NCBI GenBank assembly: GCA_005223125.1
Contig: NJBH01000031.1
Location: 1-46,974, forward strand
Source: Promethearchaeota archaeon Loki_b32
GTDB taxonomy: Archaea; Asgardarchaeota; Lokiarchaeia; Sigyniarchaeales; SOKP01
Length of the DNA stretch: 46,974 nucleotides
Direction of reading: 5' to 3'
Shown: piece after piece, positions 40,230 to 46,974 of the stretch
Numbering within the stretch: the stretch's first letter is position 1
Layout: each line of letters begins with the position of its first letter
Program-made: the position numbers and the translations under genes
Notes under the pieces: generated by a model
The model's input: only the letters and a program-made list of their open reading frames with translations
Told to the model about the DNA's origin: nothing
Database searches by the model: none

Positions 40230-40517
40230 TTTCTTCTATACACATCTATTGTATTTTTTTTTAGATTTCATAAATTATAGTTGTTTTCTCTTAACTAAAT
40301 TTAATTATATATTTAGAGTATTTAAGATAATGAAATTTAATAATTTATAGTTTAGACTATTGAAGTTCAACAGAACTTAGAATAAGATGTGAACTTGACG
40401 TCAATCATAACTCTGTATATTTATTATTAAATGAAAAAAGAAAAATATATAAAAAAAATAAACTACTTTTCTATCCTTAACTTATTATTAATTTACCTAC
40501 AAAATGTGAAAAAATTG

Positions 40518-41798
40518 ATGAATAAAACAAAATCTAATTTCTCATTTACTGAGATTCAAAAGAAAATTGGTTCGAAATCTCTAATCGCTCTTATTATTAT
40601 CAACATATTGATGAATTTATTTTTTATACAGGGTCTGAGAGGATTTTTTCCAGCTTTACGTATCGCATTATTTCATGTTGTATTTGGAGAAGAGGTTCTG
40701 GTGAATCTCATTTCCTTATTAGCTTTAATTTTCTTATTTTTGCCAGGTTTGACTAATACAATCTGTAAGAAGATTGATAAAGGGCGTGTAATGATCTCAT
40801 CTATTTATATCATTGTTATCGTGAGACTTCTATGGGCTTTTCATTTACCATTTAATTTAGAAATAATCTATTCAGGAATAATAATAGCGTGTTATGGTTT
40901 TTACATGAGCACATTCCTTACAGTATGGATAGAAGAAAGTGATGATATTGAAGTAAATCATAAAATGGTAATCATTATATTTTCCTTTTTTAGCGCCTTC
41001 CTTATTGACTATTTAATAAGAACAATTGGTTTTTCTCAAGATATTTCGCTAATAACACCAGGTTTAATCGCAGATTGGCGTCTAACGCAGTATTTTTGGT
41101 TATTTATTCAAATACCTTTAAGCATTTTATGTATATATTTCACAAAAATACATTTCCCGAGATTTTCAATAAGAAATAATAAATCTCCTCAAGAAGAGAG
41201 TACGGGCAATAATCTTAGAACATTAAATTCTCTAATTTTTGCAGGGATTGGGATGTTTTTATTCCTCCTATTTAATCTTTTTCTCTATCCAAGTGGAATT
41301 GGGCAATTTACTGACACTAATTATTCATTCAATAATATTTTGAACATAGTTTCTGTAATGATTGCAATTTATATACTGGTTTATGTAAAAATTGAAATAA
41401 TTTCAAATAAATTGATTATCGGAATCTTAAATGGCTTTATGATTTTATCGCTGTGTTTATTCTTTACGATTGGGAAAGAGTTAACGTATATTGCTAGTAT
41501 TTTCATTTCAATTTCACTCATAGTCATGTATTTAAACTGTTATTTGTTATTCATCCGGTTATCAAAAATAAGTTTCAAATGGGAGAAAGTAAAAACAGTT
41601 TCTAACGGTTTAACTATAGGGTTAGCGTTTTTGATATTATTTACCTTTTTACACGCTTTTACAACAGAGTGGGCAGCTATAATTACCGCGATGAAAGGTT
41701 TAGGGCCCTTGATAATGATTTTAGCAGGAATTATTTTTTCTATTTCAACTATCTATGCAATTAGTATTAAATCAAATGAGGAGGTTTTAGAAAGATGA
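40518..41798 (+). CDS. Polytopic membrane protein, translationally coupled to the EEP gene
   Basis: About 11-12 hydrophobic segments. ATGA overlap with the next gene. Confidence 0.75.
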   Translation: MNKTKSNFSFTEIQKKIGSKSLIALIIINILMNLFFIQGLRGFFPALRIALFHVVFGEEVLVNLISLLALIFLFLPGLTNTICKKIDKGRVMISSIYIIVIVRLLWAFHLPFNLEIIYSGIIIACYGFYMSTFLTVWIEESDDIEVNHKMVIIIFSFFSAFLIDYLIRTIGFSQDISLITPGLIADWRLTQYFWLFIQIPLSILCIYFTKIHFPRFSIRNNKSPQEESTGNNLRTLNSLIFAGIGMFLFLLFNLFLYPSGIGQFTDTNYSFNNILNIVSVMIAIYILVYVKIEIISNKLIIGILNGFMILSLCLFFTIGKELTYIASIFISISLIVMYLNCYLLFIRLSKISFKWEKVKTVSNGLTIGLAFLILFTFLHAFTTEWAAIITAMKGLGPLIMILAGIIFSISTIYAISIKSNEEVLER

Positions 41799-42646
41799 AT
41801 AAAAAACGTAGAATCATTTTCGTAAGTTTATTTTGTACGCCACTTATTATCTCTTTTGTGATGTTTGGTATCAGTGAGCTTCCTATAGAAAGCCCCTCTC
41901 CAAAAAATGAATTCAAGTTCATGACCTATAATATTCATTTTGGTGTTGGGATGGATGATTTATTGAACTTAGAGAGATTAGCACAGAATATTCTAAGTGA
42001 AGATATCGATCCAGATATAATAGGCCTCCAAGAAGTAGAAAATGGAAGAATGACTTCCCAAGGAGTAGATATGGCATTCTGGTTGGCAAAAAGACTTAAT
42101 ATGTATTATTTTTATTTTCCTGCAATAAATGAACATGCATACGGATTAGCACTTCTAAGTAAATATCCAATAATATCGGCAAGAGGATATCAGATTCCCA
42201 GTATTTCTTTAGAGAGGGTCTTAATTCATGGTGTTGTTAGATTAAGTGAAACACTTGAGATAGATGTATTTGTAACCCACTTAGGGCTTATAGATTGGGA
42301 TGAAAATATGGCAGCTCAAGTTAATTTTGTTCTTCAAAAAACAAATGAGGTTAATGAAACTTCCAAAAAGATTCTCATGGGAGATTTTAATTTAGAATAT
42401 GACTCTTCTCAAATTGCTCCAGTATATACATACTTTGATGATACATTAGGTGGAGTTCCAAGACCAATGACATTTCCAAGTATAAATCTATTTGATGAAT
42501 CAACGAGTAGTATTGATTACATATTTGCAGCGGGATATAATACCATAGTTGATGGGCATGTAATCACAGATTTTTTACCAGGTAATAGTCCCTCTGAATT
42601 CGGTTCTGATCACTTGCCTGTGGTATCAACTTTAACCTTCTCCTAA
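41795..42646 (+). CDS. Membrane-anchored endonuclease/exonuclease/phosphatase (EEP) protein
   Basis: MTYNIH, IIGLQEV, LLSKYPI, VTHL, MGDFN, IDYIF and SDHLPV. Confidence 0.9.
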   Translation: MNKKRRIIFVSLFCTPLIISFVMFGISELPIESPSPKNEFKFMTYNIHFGVGMDDLLNLERLAQNILSEDIDPDIIGLQEVENGRMTSQGVDMAFWLAKRLNMYYFYFPAINEHAYGLALLSKYPIISARGYQIPSISLERVLIHGVVRLSETLEIDVFVTHLGLIDWDENMAAQVNFVLQKTNEVNETSKKILMGDFNLEYDSSQIAPVYTYFDDTLGGVPRPMTFPSINLFDESTSSIDYIFAAGYNTIVDGHVITDFLPGNSPSEFGSDHLPVVSTLTFS

Positions 42647-43095
42647 AATTAAATAAAATATTTTTTTCTTTTTTATTACTCAATTTTATCCAATTATAAA
42701 ATTTTAAAGAAAAAATAGTATCTGTACTTGATTAACACCTCATTACTTTTATGGTGAAATCATATTAATTAAAAAGTAGTATTCTTTACAAATTCTTGCT
42801 TGAAAAACTCAATGAAGAAACTAAATAAATTATAAACAAATATAATATATCATATATGAAAACAATATTACGGATGGAAAGGAAGAGCTTTAATTATATC
42901 ATTAAGAATCTTAAAAACCAAATTTTAAAATGTTTAGAAAATAATTTGCTCTTTAAATAATTCCAATTGTTTTTTTTATGAATTCATTTCATGGATTTTC
43001 TTTTTTATAAGATCAACAAATAGGGAAAAGTTTATACCTAAATACTTAAAAAGAGTTATTCTTAAGATAACCTAATATCTGCGAACTAAAATGAT

Positions 43096-44595
43096 ATGAC
43101 ATTTAAAAAAAGTATTGTGGTTATATTAATTATTATAATTTCACTAATCCTATTCTCAAGTGAACTAATGATTCATTTTATCAATTTTCTTAATATTTAT
43201 CCAATGGTATATTGGATCACCTATATCTCTGCTATCATTAGTGTTTTAACCGTTATTATTACTTTATTTTGGTATGGAAACGCGAGAAAAAGGTTTTCAT
43301 CACCAATCAAAAAGAAGACATTTTCTTCTGTTAAAATAATTCTCACGATAATTACAATTTTAGGAATCATTCAGGTAATATTATCTCTATTCGCTCAAGA
43401 ATTATTATATCAATTAACTTCTATATTATTTATCACATTATCAGTATTTTTTGGTTTTAGAACTTTTATTAATTTATCTACTTCACTCTTGTTTCGTTCG
43501 AATATTAAGGAGTTTGGGACAATACCCTCAGTTTCAATAATTATACCTGCCTATAATGAGGGTAAAGTGATTGAAAAAACAATAAGATCAGTTTTAGAAC
43601 TGCGTTATAGTCAAAAAGAGATTATTGTTGTGGATGATGGCTCATGGGATGATACTTTAAAAATTGCAAAATTGATGGAAACTAATAATCAAATTAGGGT
43701 CATTTCAAAAAGAAAGAATGGAGGAAAGTGGAGTGCACTAAATGAAGGGATAGAATCATCTATATCAGATATAATAGTATGTATAGATGCTGATACAGTA
43801 TTGGATAAGAACGCAATACAGCCATTAGTAAATCATTTCATTGATAGTAAAGTTGGAGCAGTAGCAGGGAATATAAAAGTTGGAAATCGAGATAAGTTAC
43901 TTACAAAATTACAAGCTTTGGAATATATTTCTCAATTGAATATTCAAAGAAGAAGTGAGGCATTTTTTCAAAAAATAACAGTAGTTCCAGGTCCTCTAGG
44001 AGCTTTTAGAAAATCTATAATTAAAGAAGTGGGTTTCTATACTGGAGATACATTTGCAGAAGATGCAGACTTAACTTTAAAAATATTAAAAGCAGGATAT
44101 AGAATAAAATACGAACCTAAATCAATTGGATATACAGAAGCTCCAATATTTTTTTTTGACTTAGCTAAACAAAGGTATCGTTGGTATAGAGGATTATTAC
44201 AAGTAATAATTAAACATAAAGGCATGTTTTTTAATCCAAAATATGGAACTACAGGATTGTTTATAATTCCTTGGATATCTTTGAATGGATTAATCTTTTC
44301 TTGGTTTAACTTTTTCGCAAGTGTATGGATTTTTATACTTATATTTAATCCATTTTCTGGATTTCTTATATATATACAAATTTATTTTTTCTGGTTTTTT
44401 TTCTTTCTGATAATAGAAGTAGTTATGAGTATGTATGCAATATATGTGGATGTAAGGGAAAAGCCAAAAATTTTGTTTTATATAATCGCTTATAAATTAT
44501 TCTACGGATACATGACTAACACAATCAGAATTTTAAGTCAATTAGAGCAATATTTAAAATATCCTATGAAATGGGAGACTATTAGAAGAACTTGA
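43096..44595 (+). CDS. Processive GT2 glycosyltransferase (IcaA/PgaC/cellulose-synthase-like)
   Basis: IIPAYNE, VDDGS, DADT, AEDADLT and QRYRW. TM segments at both ends. Confidence 0.9.
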   Translation: MTFKKSIVVILIIIISLILFSSELMIHFINFLNIYPMVYWITYISAIISVLTVIITLFWYGNARKRFSSPIKKKTFSSVKIILTIITILGIIQVILSLFAQELLYQLTSILFITLSVFFGFRTFINLSTSLLFRSNIKEFGTIPSVSIIIPAYNEGKVIEKTIRSVLELRYSQKEIIVVDDGSWDDTLKIAKLMETNNQIRVISKRKNGGKWSALNEGIESSISDIIVCIDADTVLDKNAIQPLVNHFIDSKVGAVAGNIKVGNRDKLLTKLQALEYISQLNIQRRSEAFFQKITVVPGPLGAFRKSIIKEVGFYTGDTFAEDADLTLKILKAGYRIKYEPKSIGYTEAPIFFFDLAKQRYRWYRGLLQVIIKHKGMFFNPKYGTTGLFIIPWISLNGLIFSWFNFFASVWIFILIFNPFSGFLIYIQIYFFWFFFFLIIEVVMSMYAIYVDVREKPKILFYIIAYKLFYGYMTNTIRILSQLEQYLKYPMKWETIRRT

Positions 44596-44740
44596 TAATA
44601 GTAATTTGAAAATGGTAATAATTGTTTTTTTACGACAATTGTATATATATTGTTTGCTCAGTAAATTCTGTATATAATTTCTATTCTTGATTTTAAATAG
44701 AATAAAAGAAGTAAAAGAAAATCGTATTTGGTTAAAAATT

Positions 44741-45643
44741 CTATCTGATTTTTTTATACATGGGATAGAATATAGGTGAAATATAAGCTCCAATTACTTT
44801 CGAGTAAAACTTAACAGTATCTCCGCCCACCCACATTATTTCGCAAATATCTACGCCTTTTTGCTTAATGTCCCATAAGCACCATAAAAAGAGTATAGTC
44901 CCTATTCCTTTTCCTCGTAAAGATTCTTTAACTCCTGTAGGACCAAATGAACCTGGAAAAAACTGACTATGTGTAGCCCATCCAACTATATTATTGTTTG
45001 TATCTTTCGCAATAAAAGTCGTGGGAGGATTAAAAGTAAATGAGAATTTGACTTCAACAGCCCAAGTATTTTTAGGAAATTGTTGCTTGACGAAATCATA
45101 AGTTTTATCAAAATCTTCAGGTTGAACGCGCTCATACCTGTAACCTTCTTTTTTCAACACAGGTTCATTTTTAACGTCGTCCGTAGGAACTGTGAGGTTG
45201 AATATAGCCTTTTGGGATCTAAATCCATGTTTTTTTAAAAAGAAATATAAACTAGTATTGCGTATATCAACACCGGGTTGCCAATATTCAGGAACGCTAG
45301 GACCATAAATTGCTTGAGTAATTTCTTTCTCCTTAGCTCGCCTTATAAATTCAGAAAACATCTTAGAACCAAGCCCTTGTCGTCTATATTGCTTGTCGAC
45401 GACACATCCCTTAAAAAAACAATAGTTTTCATTTATTTCTTTTCTCTTTACAATGATAAAAGCAGCAATTGGAAGATTATCTTCTGAGCTAAATAAAATT
45501 AATGATAAATCATAATCTATTCCATCGTCTTCTAGAGTTCCCCTCCGAAAATAATCAAACGGTATCGAAAAAAAGCGAGAATTATCTTCAAATAACTGAT
45601 ATACGCTCTGAATATTATCCTTTGATAATTTTCTATAAATCAT
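44741..45643 (-). CDS. Tandem GNAT acetyltransferase
   Basis: Two acetyl-CoA motifs: VDKQYRRQGLG and FGPTGV..SLRGKGIG. Confidence 0.88.
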   Translation of the reverse strand: MIYRKLSKDNIQSVYQLFEDNSRFFSIPFDYFRRGTLEDDGIDYDLSLILFSSEDNLPIAAFIIVKRKEINENYCFFKGCVVDKQYRRQGLGSKMFSEFIRRAKEKEITQAIYGPSVPEYWQPGVDIRNTSLYFFLKKHGFRSQKAIFNLTVPTDDVKNEPVLKKEGYRYERVQPEDFDKTYDFVKQQFPKNTWAVEVKFSFTFNPPTTFIAKDTNNNIVGWATHSQFFPGSFGPTGVKESLRGKGIGTILFLWCLWDIKQKGVDICEIMWVGGDTVKFYSKVIGAYISPIFYPMYKKIR

Positions 45644-45939
45644 TTTATCTAAGACTATCTGCTTGTGATTTGATTGAGTTTACACTATTTTAGCACAAAA
45701 AATAGGAGTATCCGGTATTTCTTTCATGAAAAAGCCCATCTTTATTACTTCTTTTATTTAAAACCAATTTAATTTGAAAAAGGAATTTTATTTTAAATCT
45801 TTATTTATTATTATTTGTCTTCTTCATATATTTATTCAAAAACGCTTCTGTGAACAGAAAAAGTATAATTTAAAAGGTAACAAAATTTTAAATATTTCAA
45901 ATTTATAATAAAAATCAAACTTAATTTTAGTGATTTAAT

Positions 45940-46470
45940 ATTCCTCCACATTGCGATACTATAGATGGACCAGTAGTTTTAGCTGCAAAAGAAGCTTTAG
46001 AAAGGCAAAATGTTAACATTATTCTCCCTTGGGTACATTTGGAAGGAGAAAAAGAAGTTAAAGATGCTTTTACAAAAGCTTTAAATGTATATAATAATGG
46101 GAATGAAGATACAAAAAAACTTGTTGAATATTGGTTTTTTGAAACGGTTGTTCGAATTCATAGAGAGGGTGAAGGTGCTGGCTATACAGGTTTGAAACCT
46201 GCTGGGTTAGATCCAGGACCAATGGTACCAAAAGTTGATAAAGCATTAGAAGATGGGGACATTTCAGAAGTAATAAAGCACCTACAAAATGCCGTCGCAG
46301 AAGAAATAACGGAACATTTTAAACATGTAATGCACTCAAAAGATTATGGTGTTGATGATGTTCCTTCTGCCCGAAAACATATTAATGCCTATTTACATTT
46401 AACTCTATATTCTCATCATTTATATCATTTTATAAAGAATCCTGTTCTACACGAGAAAGATGAACATTAA
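45940..46470 (+). CDS. DUF6448-like protein, apparently ATT-initiated
   Basis: The frame extends upstream of the ORF track to (I)PPHCDTIDGPVV.AA..AL. Also FFETVVRIHR.GEGA.YTGLKPAG. Confidence 0.75.
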   Translation: MPPHCDTIDGPVVLAAKEALERQNVNIILPWVHLEGEKEVKDAFTKALNVYNNGNEDTKKLVEYWFFETVVRIHREGEGAGYTGLKPAGLDPGPMVPKVDKALEDGDISEVIKHLQNAVAEEITEHFKHVMHSKDYGVDDVPSARKHINAYLHLTLYSHHLYHFIKNPVLHEKDEH

Positions 46471-46700
46471 ATATTAATTATTTTTTTGCTATCACCATCA
46501 ATTAATGCAACTTGACCAGCATCACGCAAAGTCACTGAAAAAATATTTGAAATATCATACTTATTCATCTTCTTCTTTGGACGTTTATTTTCAGGAATAA
46601 TAACTTTCCAGCTATCCTTCATTTCCTTCATACCCCACTCTGGAGGTTGAGGTGGCTCATGTTGTAAATAACGTACCATCATATCAATTTCTTTTTCACT
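46467..46700 (-). other. nirS: Internal fragment of cytochrome cd1 nitrite reductase (chimeric)
   Basis: RYLQHEPPQPPEWGMKEM..SWKV..P...RP...N.FSVTLRDAGQVALIDGDSKKI. Confidence 0.8.
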
Positions 46701-46974
46701 TACATCTACAAAGGCCTTGTGTACCACTGCGTCAATAAAGAGGGGAAGGTCGGTTCGTTCATTCATTCCTGAGAAATTTGCTAGGCGGACGTCAAAAGCA
46801 TCAATCATCCCCATTGATATCAACTCCTTTTTTAGATTGAACTCAGAAGTTGTCTTGAATTTCGGGACGTAAACTACAACCTTCTGTCGATGAAGTTTGG
46901 ATAGCCAACCCTGAACATTCTCAATGGTGAATTTGTCTTCGAGGTCTTTTAATCCATCTGTCTTTCTTGGAAGG
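46691..46974 (-). other. Serpin fragment (chimeric, runs off the window edge)
   Basis: LP...GL..LE...V.VYVPKFK....NLK..L..MGM.DAF....ANFSGM......I..VVHKAFVDVSE. Confidence 0.8.

Noticed and set aside
3258-45693. Short antisense or overlapping ORFs in the track (e.g. 3258, 3630, 5438, 5717, 9345, 9748, 13057, 18235, 20519, 24108, 35126, 40039, 45278)
   Set aside because: They are shadows of well-supported genes, with no motifs or SD sites.
46467-46823. 118-aa ORF as a real gene, or as evidence of denitrification
   Set aside because: It is a fusion of serpin and nirS fragments lacking the heme c motif and most of the d1 domain.

Overview
This is a very AT-rich archaeal window. Gene content (methanogen-type HdrABC, C4HC3 RING protein, NosD/CASH surface proteins, HEPN-MNT and PIN toxin-antitoxins, GGTGA/AGTGA Shine-Dalgarno sites) suggests an Asgard archaeon, probably Lokiarchaeia; this is inference. 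(1) 0.4-10.3 kb holds a 12-gene minus-strand operon: tusA, dsrE/F/H-like, dsrE2-like, hdrCBA, mvhD, an MvhG fused to a catalytically dead [NiFe]-hydrogenase large-subunit remnant, an FrhB protein with an inserted GltD/NfnB-like NAD(P)H module and C-terminal HTH, and a second tusA. An Lrp/AsnC regulator lies divergently upstream. This looks like an undescribed hydrogenase-free, NADH-fed Hdr complex coupled to a persulfide relay. (2) 11-23 kb is an accessory island between the convergent lrp and J-domain genes. Its cargo (beta-helix surface proteins, TA pairs, duplicated MarR+SRPBCC with a palindromic operator) is interleaved with diverged 3'-end scars of the flanking genes. (3) 23-46 kb is mixed housekeeping and accessory sequence, including a split Pls-like TM+LbH pair, gpmA, a RING protein, three small paralogues, a Cwh43-like TM+EEP pair, a GT2 synthase and several nonsense pseudogenes. 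(4) The last ~500 bp is a serpin/nirS chimera, probably an assembly artefact. Several genes appear to start at ACG or ATT. No rRNA, tRNA, CRISPR array or transposase was recognised.
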